From: Paramoeba atlantica
Lineage: Eukaryota; Protista; Discosea
DNA: 64,000 bases
Assembly: GCA_977017575.1 (NCBI GenBank)
Contig: CDRNVI010000053.1
Location: 496,001-560,000, forward strand
Direction: 5' to 3'
The translations under genes and the position numbers were made by a program. Positions 38,438-49,187 of this stretch are shown in pieces. Positions within the stretch are counted from its first letter, which is position 1, and every line of letters starts with the position of its first letter. Below the pieces are notes generated by a model, which searched no databases, was not told the origin of the DNA, and was given only the letters and a program-made list of their open reading frames with translations.

Positions 38438-41395
38438 ATGTCACATGATCTTTATGATTCTTTCGCACGAGCTATCAGCATAGCTTATGGAACGAGCCAC
38501 AGCTCTTCGGAAAGAAGAGATGCCGAAATGCGGTTGAACGAGCTTCAACAGTCGCCAGAGGCTTGGAATTTGCTTCAAAGTGTGTTATTCGCTAGGAAAT
38601 CCAATACATATGAGTGTTTCTGGATTTTTCAGCTTGTTGTCGAAGAGCTCAGTAATTTCAGGAAACGGTTTGGTGAGGCTGATCTTCAAAGTGTGTATTT
38701 TGCTATGCAAACATGGATAAAAGATCAGGTACCAGATTCGCAATTTCCAAGATTTCTTATTAAAAAATGCGTTCAAGCACAATGCGCGTGCCTTTTTTGC
38801 TCTGATTCAAACGAATTTTACAAAATTTTCTTTCGCGAATTATTTTCATACCTAGAGAGTCCAGTCCCCTCTGTTAAAAATCTTTTTTTCCTTCTTTGGC
38901 CTGCTTTGAATGAGTACATTGCAGCTGAAGAAATGCATTCGCTTGAAAATATTAATAGGAATGTCAAGGAATACATGCGAGCAGAAGTTCTTGTCCGATT
39001 GATAGAAACTGTTTATCGATGGATTGGCGAATTAACGAAAGGCGAAGAGCCTAATGCATCAATGTTTCTTGACCTCCTAGAACCATACATTACGTGGGTA
39101 GATGTTTCACTGGTGTCGTCAAAAGAATGGCTGTGTCTTCACTTCGAGCTTTTTAAGGACAATGAAGCGTGCACAAAAGCATCTGACTTATTGCGTCTCG
39201 TTGTTGATCGAAAGATGGCTTTTGACAGGAAATATATAATACTTGAATCAGTGTACGAGAAGCAATTATTTTCTTCTATGAGTGATAGAGAGCACTTGTC
39301 AATAGTTCAGTGCAACCCAGATACATCCAGCACCACACATGAAAGTTTCTCCCTTCTTCGCTTGAGCGTGGGGCTACAAGCATGTGAACTGTCCGAAATT
39401 GGGGAGATTTCGTGGGTGGCGGATTTTTGCGACTGCATACTATCCGCCCTACTAACAAATAGAGCAGTTTTCTTGAATAACACTAAACAATTAACTGAAT
39501 TTTGTCAAAAATTTCTTCTTTTACTCCAGAAGCGCGGTGAGGATTCTCTTGCAGCACGAAACGTGGATACTTTGCTCCACTATTACTTTGTTGAATTTAT
39601 GTTACCGACTCAGCAAGTCAATCAAACTGAGCAGGAAGAGTTCATGGCAAAAAGGCCTCATGTTGCATCTTTTTTGCGCTTTCTTTTTAAGAATTTCCCT
39701 GTTAAAGTCTTGCAGTTTTTCCTAGTTGGAGTTGAGCAACTGATGACAGCTTCTATTACACAAGCGCCATTGCACATTACGGAAGGAATCTTGCGCGGTT
39801 TATACGAGATTTGTTCCGGTATGAAACCTGAGGTCGTACATTCAGATGCTCTTTGTCTTCTAGTTCAAAAACTTTTTTGCATTAATTTTTTTGAGCATTC
39901 GTCGCCAATCATACATTTGAGCTTTTCTGAATTAATACACCGCCTTGCACCCACTTTGGAAGGAACGGAAGAGTCTACACGTGTTGTTTTCGTTGCGCTT
40001 TTGAATAGTTCAAACGGAATAAGACACGCAATACCGACGGTACGTCAACGTATAAATCAAATTTTCGCTCAATTATGCTTTTCACTACACAGACAGCTCT
40101 GTCCATACTTCCAAGAGCTTGTGTGCACTTGCCACGAAATAGTAGATTGGCGCATTTCAGAAAATATATCACCGGAGGAAACTCATGCCACGTATGCTCA
40201 TCGACGTATTCTTTCGCCTACTCTACCCCCATCCGATACTCAGAGAAATATTCAGGATATCATAAATCGGGTGGATGCCACACATTGGTATTCTCCATTC
40301 CCAGCGACTAAATTTGATCTACATGAGGACATTACGTATCTATTCCAAGCGCTTGGTGGATTGGCACGAGACTTTTCTGATTTAACAGAAAGATTGGAAA
40401 ATATTCTTGAATCTCTGCTTAGCACAATGAAAAAAAATACTAGTAATTACAACGCTATGGTGGTGACCCTCCGCGCAGTTTCGGGATTGCTCAAAGGGAT
40501 ATCACCTACGCAGAAAAGAGTTATGAAATATTTTCTAAACACATCAAACGAAATTACGTCGCTTTTAAAAGAACGATGGCTGACTAGTCAGAAAGGATGG
40601 ATTTTGCGTGAGGGGCTTTTGAAATACTTGCAAGTTCTTGTTAGGTTTGATTGTTCAGATGTCTACTGTTTTGCCTTGGCGTTAATCAAAGAGGTCCTTC
40701 CTGTAATCGACATCAATGAGCTGCGCAAAATTTTTCGACTATGCATACAGATAATACATTTGAATAAAGAGAATTATTACGCCTCTGTTCTCTTACCAGA
40801 CTTGACAAAGAAACTAGAACAACTGGTACCTTGCAGTTGTGTAGAATTGGAGAATGTAAGCTGTGCGAGCGATAACGCAATCTCTCTACAAACAGTTCAA
40901 CTGTATTATCAATTACTGCTTTCGTGTATTAGTTTGTCTTTTATACTTCCTGAAGCCGCACAAAAAATTCTTTTGATTGGAATAACAACTCACCCCGATC
41001 TTAATCTCTGCTCTTCAGCAATTCAAGTCTTTAAACATATTTTTGAATTACCAGAAGGAAGGAAGTGCTTGATTGAGGCAAGTGATTCAATCTGGAGTGA
41101 TCTTTGCATCGCATTGTGTACTCAAATGGTTTCTTCGTACATGAAAATTAATAATGAAAGAACAAAGAAAATGACGTCAGATGTTATCACACTTTTGATT
41201 TCCATAATTAGATCCGAATTGCAAATCACAGCAAGCGGGAAAACGCAATCACCTGTTCTAAATACTTTACACGGTACATTTTCGAATGACGAGCTAGTTG
41301 GTCATCTTTTCTCTTTGTGTCAAAGTGCGAGTAGCACTGCACAAGTAGTTGAGAAAATCGCTCAACACATTGCTACCCAATCTATTGAACAGTAG
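38438..41395 (+). CDS. XPOT: Exportin-T (XPOT/Los1)-like karyopherin
   Basis: HEAT-repeat karyopherin; YITWVDVSLV, DLLRLVVDRKM..DRK and GIRHAIPTVRQRINQIFAQL correspond to exportin-t blocks. Confidence 0.75.
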   Translation: MSHDLYDSFARAISIAYGTSHSSSERRDAEMRLNELQQSPEAWNLLQSVLFARKSNTYECFWIFQLVVEELSNFRKRFGEADLQSVYFAMQTWIKDQVPDSQFPRFLIKKCVQAQCACLFCSDSNEFYKIFFRELFSYLESPVPSVKNLFFLLWPALNEYIAAEEMHSLENINRNVKEYMRAEVLVRLIETVYRWIGELTKGEEPNASMFLDLLEPYITWVDVSLVSSKEWLCLHFELFKDNEACTKASDLLRLVVDRKMAFDRKYIILESVYEKQLFSSMSDREHLSIVQCNPDTSSTTHESFSLLRLSVGLQACELSEIGEISWVADFCDCILSALLTNRAVFLNNTKQLTEFCQKFLLLLQKRGEDSLAARNVDTLLHYYFVEFMLPTQQVNQTEQEEFMAKRPHVASFLRFLFKNFPVKVLQFFLVGVEQLMTASITQAPLHITEGILRGLYEICSGMKPEVVHSDALCLLVQKLFCINFFEHSSPIIHLSFSELIHRLAPTLEGTEESTRVVFVALLNSSNGIRHAIPTVRQRINQIFAQLCFSLHRQLCPYFQELVCTCHEIVDWRISENISPEETHATYAHRRILSPTLPPSDTQRNIQDIINRVDATHWYSPFPATKFDLHEDITYLFQALGGLARDFSDLTERLENILESLLSTMKKNTSNYNAMVVTLRAVSGLLKGISPTQKRVMKYFLNTSNEITSLLKERWLTSQKGWILREGLLKYLQVLVRFDCSDVYCFALALIKEVLPVIDINELRKIFRLCIQIIHLNKENYYASVLLPDLTKKLEQLVPCSCVELENVSCASDNAISLQTVQLYYQLLLSCISLSFILPEAAQKILLIGITTHPDLNLCSSAIQVFKHIFELPEGRKCLIEASDSIWSDLCIALCTQMVSSYMKINNERTKKMTSDVITLLISIIRSELQITASGKTQSPVLNTLHGTFSNDELVGHLFSLCQSASSTAQVVEKIAQHIATQSIEQ

Positions 41396-41615
41396 ATCAT
41401 TTCAGGGTGCAATTAATTCTTTTGCTACTTAAAAGTGGCTATTATTTCCCGTTAGAGTATTACAAGGGTAATGTTTCAAATTGGTGTAATTCATGTTTAA
41501 TGCTGTAATATTTAGTTCTCTGGATACAATATTGAATGCAATACAATTATTATAGTAAATTTTAGTTTTTTTCATTTACAAACGTTTTCAGCATCGAAAA
41601 GTATTTTGCACGAAG

Positions 41616-44600
41616 ATGAACGAAGCAATAGGTAGCATAGAAGCGAAATGTGTTGCCGTTTTTACGAATTCAGGGAGCAAAGAAGAACTCAACGTTATAC
41701 GGTCTGAGCTAAATAGTCTTTGCACGCCATCCTCCCTCTCACAGCTGCGTAGTCTGTGTGACTCTAGCGAAAATACCTACGCACATTTTTTTGCTGCTCA
41801 AAGTTTAGGAACACTCGTTGAACAGCGCTGGAGCGAAATTACGAAAAATGAGAAGGTAAAACTCTCGGACTGGCTGAGCGAGCAGCTCCTTTCGAAGTAT
41901 ACAAAATATCAGCCTTATGTAGTAAGCACTTTATCTCAATGCATGTCACGCTTTGTAAAATTTGGTTGGAACGAGCATAATTCGTGGAGGTTATGGTCGA
42001 GTTCAATTACAGCGCAACTAATTCGCGGGAATACGAATCCTTCTAGGAAAATACATGGCTTAAAATTGCTTTTGAGTCTAATTACTGAAATTTGTTTGTG
42101 GCACTCCAGACGGCCTACTACTTTGCACCGTAAGACGGTTGCAAGTTTTCGAGATATTCAGTTATTGTCTATCTTCCAAGTTGCTTTACAGGCACTAGAC
42201 GAGAAGCAATATGCGACCGTCGATATTCTCCATGCAGCAGCTGCACTTTGCCTTGGCACTCTTAATTACGATTTTACGGGATTGCTTTTCGAGGAATGTG
42301 GTGACGACATCGGGCAAACTCAGATTCCTACTTCCTGGCGGGAAACAATATTTGAGATGAACGCCCTGCCAATGTTATGGTCGATATATGCGAAAACCGA
42401 ACTTATTGATGCATTACGTTGCATCACCGCCTTAGCGAATATAAGACGAGCTTTCTTTACTTCAGAGGAGCAGCGCGGCCGATGGATATCATCAGTGTTA
42501 TCAGGATTGATGGATTTGCTTCGACGACGTCGAACTTTGGGGTCGGAAGCGCTGTGCGAAATCTTTAAAATGCACGCAAGGATAAAATCTACGTATCAAA
42601 TGGTTGATCTCTCTACTTCTCCGTTTTTTGAAACTTGGATACAACTGTATGTTGAAACTACTCGTGATACGCTAGGCAACAGAGCATTTAGTCGAAGTGC
42701 GATCCCAAATCTTATGTTATTTTGGTCGCGAGTGGCGACTTCCCAGCCATACTACTCGGGATCTGCCGTCAATTTAACTTCCGTGGTTAATAAAAGCTTG
42801 GTTGATGTATTCCAAGTATTCGTCGCGTCTTGTTTGGAAACTACAGAATCAGACTGCGAGAAATTGTCCGAAGAGTTTCCACTAGCAGATTCCGACTCAG
42901 TTATGCTGTACCTAGAATCTATTCCGCAGTTATTCCGCGTGCAACCATCACTTCTTGGAAGCTTTCTACTTGATCTCTTTTCTCAGACTAACAATCTGCA
43001 ACAAATCGTAACGGAACAAACTACATATCTTTCGAAATGTGCTTGGCTACTTTATATATTTTCGATGGTAATACGCTCGTCGACCTCTAGTGGTCCTTCG
43101 GCTCATGACGGTGACACCACAGATGCTGAGTTGATATCTTGCGTTTTACGGTTCGTCTACACCAATTCAAATATAGGATCACCAACAGTTGCTCGAGTCA
43201 GACTTGAACAGGCAGTAATACATTGTATGAAATCTTTTCAGCTTTCTTACATTGGTGATAGCTCTACACCACACTCGAGAATATACCGTCGTATAACTTC
43301 AGCGCTGCACGACTGCGGTAAAGAATTCGAAGATTTCTCATGTGTGCTTGAATTCATAGTTAAAAAAATACTAATGAATTTACGTCACTGGTGGAAGGAA
43401 TCGACTCTTCTAAGTGACACATTATCTCTTTTTGTGGACCTTGCAAATGGTTTTCATTCAAGCAAGCAGTTGTTTGATTCACCAAGTATTCAGCAACTCT
43501 GTGAGGCTCACATACAGCAAAGTACTGGATTTGCTTTTCTAGAACATAAAGAGATTACATCTCATCGCACAAAGTATTATCAGGCACTCACAACTGTATT
43601 TTTTCTAGAGCGCTTCAACGAGACCTCTTTTCTGTCCTTTTTGCGGCCGATGGATTCAGACATGCAATTAGTAGCTCAAGATATTAAAAATTGTACGGAG
43701 AGTTCTTCCCTAACAGTTTCGTCTTCATCTTGCCTAAGAGATTTACGCGGCATTTGCATAGCATGCACGAACAAACGCATGTATGCGATATTCTTTTCTT
43801 GGTTATACGAAAACTACAGAGGCTTATTATTAGAGCTCGCGAAGTTATGTAATCGTGAGCTCGAACTGGGGAAATTACTTTTAAAGTTTTTCCGTCATTT
43901 AGTACTAAATCAGCAGCAAAGAATCGCGTTCGATAGCAACTCACCGAGTGGCATACGATTATTTAAATGGGCAGCACAAGTGGTGCAAATAATGGGGACA
44001 CATTTCGTAAACTCGTGGCCACGTATACAGTCTTTGGAACAGCTTCTTCTAATGAATTCACTATTAACTGCATCACTGACCATTTGGCATCGTTCTCTAT
44101 CCGGAGGATTTTGCAACTTGGGCACTTTTGAAGTTTACGATGATCCAATACTTGAACAAACAAACGAAGCGGTGTTTCAGATGATTGAATGTGGTGTTTC
44201 CACTGATTTATTTCAACATATCAAGTTATATCAGGCATATTTCGCCTTCCTAGATGCAATCTCATCTGTGCGTCCAAACTACGTATGTGCTCAAAGTACT
44301 TCGCGATTCATACGTCTTCTACAATCCATAGAGGCAGCGATGGAACAACCTGGAGTTAGTAAAACTGCCATGTCTAGCGCGTGTGCTTCACTGCATCATA
44401 TTTGTTCTCATATGTACGTTCAAGTCACCACGCAAGGGCAACAGTTGAGTCTCCTAAGTGAACATCTTCAAGCAGACCCTGAATTACTGCGTCGTATCAT
44501 GGAATCACTCTTTCACTTACTGCTCTTTGATGAGAGAATGAACACATGGAGCATTTCACGGCCCCTACTGCCTCTGATACTGCTGTGCCCGGAAAAGTAC

Positions 44601-44774
44601 CACAGTTTTCGTACGAAAACCATTGAAGAACATCCAAAAGAGCGCAGCGAAGTTATTTCTCGTGCTTTTGAAGAACTTATGACTGATTTAGAAAAGAATT
44701 TAGAACCTAGAACACGTGAAAAATTTGCACAAAACGTCAGTACATTCAGAAACACTATGAAAACTGCAAAATAA
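41616..44774 (+). CDS. XPO7: Exportin-7 / RanBP16-like karyopherin
   Basis: HRKTVASFRD..L..IF, LNYDFTG..E..DD..QIPTSWR, SPSGIRLFK, GFCNLGTFEVYDD, WSISRPLLPLIL, NL..RTREKFAQNVSTFR. Confidence 0.92.
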   Translation: MNEAIGSIEAKCVAVFTNSGSKEELNVIRSELNSLCTPSSLSQLRSLCDSSENTYAHFFAAQSLGTLVEQRWSEITKNEKVKLSDWLSEQLLSKYTKYQPYVVSTLSQCMSRFVKFGWNEHNSWRLWSSSITAQLIRGNTNPSRKIHGLKLLLSLITEICLWHSRRPTTLHRKTVASFRDIQLLSIFQVALQALDEKQYATVDILHAAAALCLGTLNYDFTGLLFEECGDDIGQTQIPTSWRETIFEMNALPMLWSIYAKTELIDALRCITALANIRRAFFTSEEQRGRWISSVLSGLMDLLRRRRTLGSEALCEIFKMHARIKSTYQMVDLSTSPFFETWIQLYVETTRDTLGNRAFSRSAIPNLMLFWSRVATSQPYYSGSAVNLTSVVNKSLVDVFQVFVASCLETTESDCEKLSEEFPLADSDSVMLYLESIPQLFRVQPSLLGSFLLDLFSQTNNLQQIVTEQTTYLSKCAWLLYIFSMVIRSSTSSGPSAHDGDTTDAELISCVLRFVYTNSNIGSPTVARVRLEQAVIHCMKSFQLSYIGDSSTPHSRIYRRITSALHDCGKEFEDFSCVLEFIVKKILMNLRHWWKESTLLSDTLSLFVDLANGFHSSKQLFDSPSIQQLCEAHIQQSTGFAFLEHKEITSHRTKYYQALTTVFFLERFNETSFLSFLRPMDSDMQLVAQDIKNCTESSSLTVSSSSCLRDLRGICIACTNKRMYAIFFSWLYENYRGLLLELAKLCNRELELGKLLLKFFRHLVLNQQQRIAFDSNSPSGIRLFKWAAQVVQIMGTHFVNSWPRIQSLEQLLLMNSLLTASLTIWHRSLSGGFCNLGTFEVYDDPILEQTNEAVFQMIECGVSTDLFQHIKLYQAYFAFLDAISSVRPNYVCAQSTSRFIRLLQSIEAAMEQPGVSKTAMSSACASLHHICSHMYVQVTTQGQQLSLLSEHLQADPELLRRIMESLFHLLLFDERMNTWSISRPLLPLILLCPEKYHSFRTKTIEEHPKERSEVISRAFEELMTDLEKNLEPRTREKFAQNVSTFRNTMKTAK

Positions 44775-45082
44775 GTTCCGATGAAAAGTTATTTTTATTG
44801 GAATCTACTTGTAACTTTATTAATCGAACTGTATTTTTTTAAGAAACTAAGCGTAAACTGGTGACAAAGGTCGAGCCCTGTTGGTCAATTACGTCTGCAT
44901 ACTCATACTGTACCTCTGATTTAGGCTTGAAATATTTTATTTAAATGTATCTCCCCTATTACATATCTCCCTTACATGTGAAGCCTATTCTTTTTCTCAC
45001 CATCTCTTACTTCTACCTGTGACCCTAAAACTTTCATCTTTCATTACGTTCCTAAGAAATAGTGCATTTAGTATTTTTTCCA

Positions 45083-45538
45083 ATGTTTTTCTGCACCCTT
45101 CGAAATTTAGCAAAGCCGGGATCCAAGACATTAGAGCACCGCGGCCGTCTTCTAGGTCCCTCTCCAAAGGCGAGGTATTACATTGGAAGACGTAGCTGCT
45201 ACAAGGCTCGATTCCTTGACACTGGTCCGGGTTGGTCCCGCGTGTGGCTTGCTGTGAAGCCAGGCACGCGACACCGCCGTCACCCAAAGCCAAAAAACCA
45301 CGTTGGAGAAAGATTGTTGTGGCGACCGATTCAGCGCGGCTATCAACGTCTCTACGAGAAGGACATTATGCGAAATCATGTGAACAAATGGGTACCGGAA
45401 AAGCGTCTTCGAGCTGCTAATACGGAAATTGGGAGAGTTCGACACGCTGCTGATGGATATCATTTCAAGGGTCACGAACGATTCGGTCCGGGACCATACT
45501 ATCCGCTAGGATACAACGGAGAGTATAGAATGTTTTAA
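45083..45538 (+). CDS. Kinetoplastid mitochondrial ribosomal protein bL35m-like
   Basis: KARF..TG.G..RVW....G.RH core resembles bL35. WRPI..YQRLY, RLRA.N.EIG and terminal EYRMF resemble the trypanosome bL35m sequence as I remember it. First ATG at 45083. Confidence 0.7.
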   Translation: MFFCTLRNLAKPGSKTLEHRGRLLGPSPKARYYIGRRSCYKARFLDTGPGWSRVWLAVKPGTRHRRHPKPKNHVGERLLWRPIQRGYQRLYEKDIMRNHVNKWVPEKRLRAANTEIGRVRHAADGYHFKGHERFGPGPYYPLGYNGEYRMF

Positions 45539-45680
45539 GTCATTAAAATTATTTTTGACACGATGTAAAGAGAAACGATATATCCTACACACGTTCCACA
45601 TCAGGAATTTAATCTAATCAAAGTGGAGTGGCTTTTGTCTTGCTCAATAAATCTTTCTTTGCTTTAGACTTGTTAAAAAA

Positions 45681-47375
45681 ATGTCTGAGGGGAATCCTGA
45701 ACATGATAAAACGGAGCCAAGCACGCAAGACGTCTACAATCCGAAGTTGCGTGTGGAATTACTTAATTTTCTTTGGTCATTGCATGAGAAACATGGACTC
45801 CGTTCAGAAAACTATACTGAATATCGGCGATATCTCACTCATCGGCTTGCCCGTCTGTACAAAGAACACGGACTGAAGCATGGAAAAGGCCGTTACGTCA
45901 AAAAACCTCTGAATAAAGAAAATGCCACACTGTCCGCGCATGTTCTGATCATTCTACTAACTGCTGAACGCTCTTGGGCCTTGGCAGAAGATCGCAATCA
46001 AGATGTCATGAAGCGTCCGGACATTGCTCATCGCGCATCTCGTCACATCCGCTCTCGCATGCGAAAATGTGTTCGTATTTGCAGCACACTTGAGGAAGTG
46101 TGTACTTGCGTTACTGATGAAGTTACGCTTCTCGAATGCCGTGTATACAAAGCCGAGATGAAAGCTCGTGGAGCAATGATGGCGGACAAATTATGTGAAG
46201 CTAGAGTTTCATTTCAACGTTGCCATGATTTATATACTAAACTTAAGTCATTGTACGACGAAGACAGCTGGATCATTGCTTTAGATCGCATGCGTCCAAT
46301 CGAGGAACTTTTTCGACATTGCCTTTATGTAGAAGGTAAGGAAGTCGACAGTACTTTATTTCATACGCTGCGAACATGTGCAGGACAAGGAGCATTGCAA
46401 TGGGCTCATCAAACTTTGATTATACATCACCGACAACTACAGCGCATGGTGGAAAGGCTCGCAGATTGTGAGGAAAAGGCTAAGGAATTAACCACCATTG
46501 TCGGCATACCGAATGAAAGCACAATAAGACGCAACGCCGAAGTTTATGATCGCTTAATCGCCGTGGCAAACGAATTTATCAACAAGATTGAGGTTGAAAT
46601 AAGAACTGAATCGGATGATCGAAGGCAGCTATATTTAATGCTACACTGCGTAAAATTTCGGCTGTGCCGTGCCCAATATCGACGAACTCTTATGCATATT
46701 CGATTTTATGAATTCAAAAATATTCCAAAAGATTTTAAGACATGTTTGGATCTACCTTCTTCGATTTGCTCTGATCTCGTTCGATTGTATCGTTCGTTAA
46801 TTGACGAATGTAGCGAAATATGCGAAATTCCGGGAATGGATCTTTCCGATCAGGAGTACTTTGAGGCATTACATGCCTACGGTCGTGGTGCCGCCTTGTA
46901 TTATCGCGCGTTGGTGTGGTTTTCTGTTCAAGAATCTATCAAAGGTGTGGCATGCATAAGGGAAGCAGAGACGCTTCTTGCGAGTTGTTTGAAAGTGGAA
47001 GCAGTTTCCGAAATCGCGAATTCTTTGTGCACACGTGTACGCGGGTGCAAGGCAAAGTTGCAGGCAGAAGCTGTGTTAAGCAAAGCTAATGAAAAGAAAC
47101 TGGCAAATTGCCCCACGGAACAATCTGTATGGGTATTACCTCACAAAGAGCTTTCCGGGGAACAGGAAGTCAATGCAATAGAAAGAATGCGTGCATCGAA
47201 GGAAGTGTGTCTTACAGATGAAATGCCCCAGCTGCTAACTATGTTCCCGAAGCCTACTTTTTACGATATTGCAGGTTCTTTCGTTATGAATCCCGAACCC
47301 GAAAACGGCTATTCTGAAGATGTGAAAGAAGAACACTCTAGTTCGCCTCGTAGTTGGCTTTCAAGTTGGCTATGA
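45681..47375 (+). CDS. SRP68: Signal recognition particle subunit SRP68
   Basis: HGLRSENYTEYRRYLTHRLARL, LLTAERSWALA, C-terminal PKPTFYDIA. Confidence 0.93.
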   Translation: MSEGNPEHDKTEPSTQDVYNPKLRVELLNFLWSLHEKHGLRSENYTEYRRYLTHRLARLYKEHGLKHGKGRYVKKPLNKENATLSAHVLIILLTAERSWALAEDRNQDVMKRPDIAHRASRHIRSRMRKCVRICSTLEEVCTCVTDEVTLLECRVYKAEMKARGAMMADKLCEARVSFQRCHDLYTKLKSLYDEDSWIIALDRMRPIEELFRHCLYVEGKEVDSTLFHTLRTCAGQGALQWAHQTLIIHHRQLQRMVERLADCEEKAKELTTIVGIPNESTIRRNAEVYDRLIAVANEFINKIEVEIRTESDDRRQLYLMLHCVKFRLCRAQYRRTLMHIRFYEFKNIPKDFKTCLDLPSSICSDLVRLYRSLIDECSEICEIPGMDLSDQEYFEALHAYGRGAALYYRALVWFSVQESIKGVACIREAETLLASCLKVEAVSEIANSLCTRVRGCKAKLQAEAVLSKANEKKLANCPTEQSVWVLPHKELSGEQEVNAIERMRASKEVCLTDEMPQLLTMFPKPTFYDIAGSFVMNPEPENGYSEDVKEEHSSSPRSWLSSWL

Positions 47376-47964
47376 AAGTATGGAGTCTATTTTTGAACGA
47401 GTTTCTTTCATTGAGAAATAAAGCTCCATGAACACAAAAGTTATTAGTACTATTTTAATCCTTTTTCTCAGTACAGGAGGAATAATTTTCATCACAAATA
47501 ATCAAGCACGGCGTCTTATGAACGACGAGAACCACTGAAAATCTAATGTCACCGGCACGCGTGATGCTCTGCTAAATATTTTGTACAGTATTCAGTGCTA
47601 TTCATTGTTATCATCTTTCGATATCTGTGTATGTTCCTTTTGTGCTGTCATTTTTCGTCCTGGTACAATATTTAAGTATTTGGTCTTAATGTTTTATTTG
47701 TTATAAAATTCAAAACATACGAAATCTACACTTTGCTAGTGCTGAATAAAATGCGCAATATCAAATTAAAAGATCTGTCCTAAGAAAAGTTAACTGAGAC
47801 TTCAATTTTGAACGAGTATTGAGAAATAAATATTCGATGTACATGTAACGTAAAATTGGTATTTTTTTGCGCAATCTATGATCATAGTAGTCTATGTACA
47901 TGTATAATCTTGATTTTTTTCGTAACCACTTTTATGCATTTGATTTTAACCAACTTCATCTTTC

Positions 47965-48645
47965 ATGGAAGACGTGTGGGTGCCTCCGGATGAGATCGCA
48001 GGGCAAAAAGAGTCGGCGAGGGATACAGCTCGGATTCCATCCTTAATGGAACGACTGAATTTGCTTTGGACTAATGAACGGTTGTGTATGGATTTGTTGC
48101 ACTACGATGAAGGTATCGTAAATGCAGTTCTTTCTGAACTCTCATCCAGGGAGGAGGCAGCCTCCACGGCGAAATCCCCCAGCACTACACTTGCCTTTGA
48201 CCCCTTTGATTTAATTCGCACCGAGCTGACCCGATGCAAATATATACTCTCGGACTATTTACGCATTAGACTAGAAAAGATAGCAGAGATATCACACTCC
48301 CTGCCGCTTGATGAGGTGAGGCAGCGAAAGCTTTCTCCGCAAGAAAAGTCATGGGCTACAACGTATGCGCGAATGGAGCACAGCGCCATGTTAGATGGTG
48401 GGCTTGGGATGTTGCCTGAAGAGCTGCACTCCCTCACCCCGGGTCCTCCTCCCGCGGATGGAGAAGAAATTCTTTGTGAGGCTCCTCTGCATCACTACGT
48501 ATTTACCCGAGTTTTGGTGGACGTGGGGTCATGGGATCTTGGTGGCGAAGCGAATTCGTACGATCTAAAAAAAGGAGACCTGTATGCGTTAAAATATGGA
48601 GCTGTCGCGGACTTGATCAAAAAAGGAAAAGCTGCTCTGGTATGA
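47965..48645 (+). CDS. SLD5: GINS complex subunit Sld5
   Basis: WTNER..DLLHY, ELTRCKYILSDYLRIRLEKI, YVFTRVL, LKKGDLYALKY..VADLIKKGKAALV. Confidence 0.9.
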   Translation: MEDVWVPPDEIAGQKESARDTARIPSLMERLNLLWTNERLCMDLLHYDEGIVNAVLSELSSREEAASTAKSPSTTLAFDPFDLIRTELTRCKYILSDYLRIRLEKIAEISHSLPLDEVRQRKLSPQEKSWATTYARMEHSAMLDGGLGMLPEELHSLTPGPPPADGEEILCEAPLHHYVFTRVLVDVGSWDLGGEANSYDLKKGDLYALKYGAVADLIKKGKAALV

Positions 48646-48884
48646 AGTATGTCCTGTTTGTGCTTTTTGTCGTTTGTTCCACTGCATTATTTTTACGCGT
48701 ATTTTAATATGCAATGCTTCACAAGAAGACAAATAAGACAGGTCTTTTCGGTGAAAGTAAAGGAAAATTCGCTTTTCTTATGACTTTTTAGCTTGGCATT
48801 TTTCCTTTCGACAAAAGGACATTATCTACGTACATAATATTGTATATGACTATTGTATACCCTTTTTCCGTTATTTTCTATGGT

Positions 48885-49058
48885 ATGCCAGGGGTGTCGG
48901 GGGTTCGCTTGTCGAAGAAAGTTCACCCTCAGCCGTATATCACGCCGGACGGAAGCATAGTGCGAGCAGTGGCTTCAAAGCCACGGGCTTGTCACGAGAA
49001 GGGTTTTCTGTGGAAAAAGGACACACTCATCACCAAAAGAAATGGAATTAGAGGATAG
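48885..49058 (+). CDS. Possible small basic protein (57 aa)
   Basis: MPGVSGVRLSKKVHPQPYITPDGSIV...; GC-richer than its flanks and preceded by a pyrimidine tract; KKVHP..Y..PDGS only weakly recalls bL31. Confidence 0.3.
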   Translation: MPGVSGVRLSKKVHPQPYITPDGSIVRAVASKPRACHEKGFLWKKDTLITKRNGIRG

Positions 49059-49187
49059 AGTGTGGCACTGTACTAAGAAATGCAAGGGTAGATTTCTAGA
49101 TAGGGTGTAAAGCAATTTTTTTTCAAAAAAGGCGAATTTTGCTTTACTTTAACCCTCTTTTCAATATTGTCTACGTAACATTTGCTT

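Noticed and set aside
47448-47558. 36-aa hydrophobic ORF MNTKVISTILILFLSTGG...
   Set aside because: Too short and AT-rich to separate from chance without expression data.
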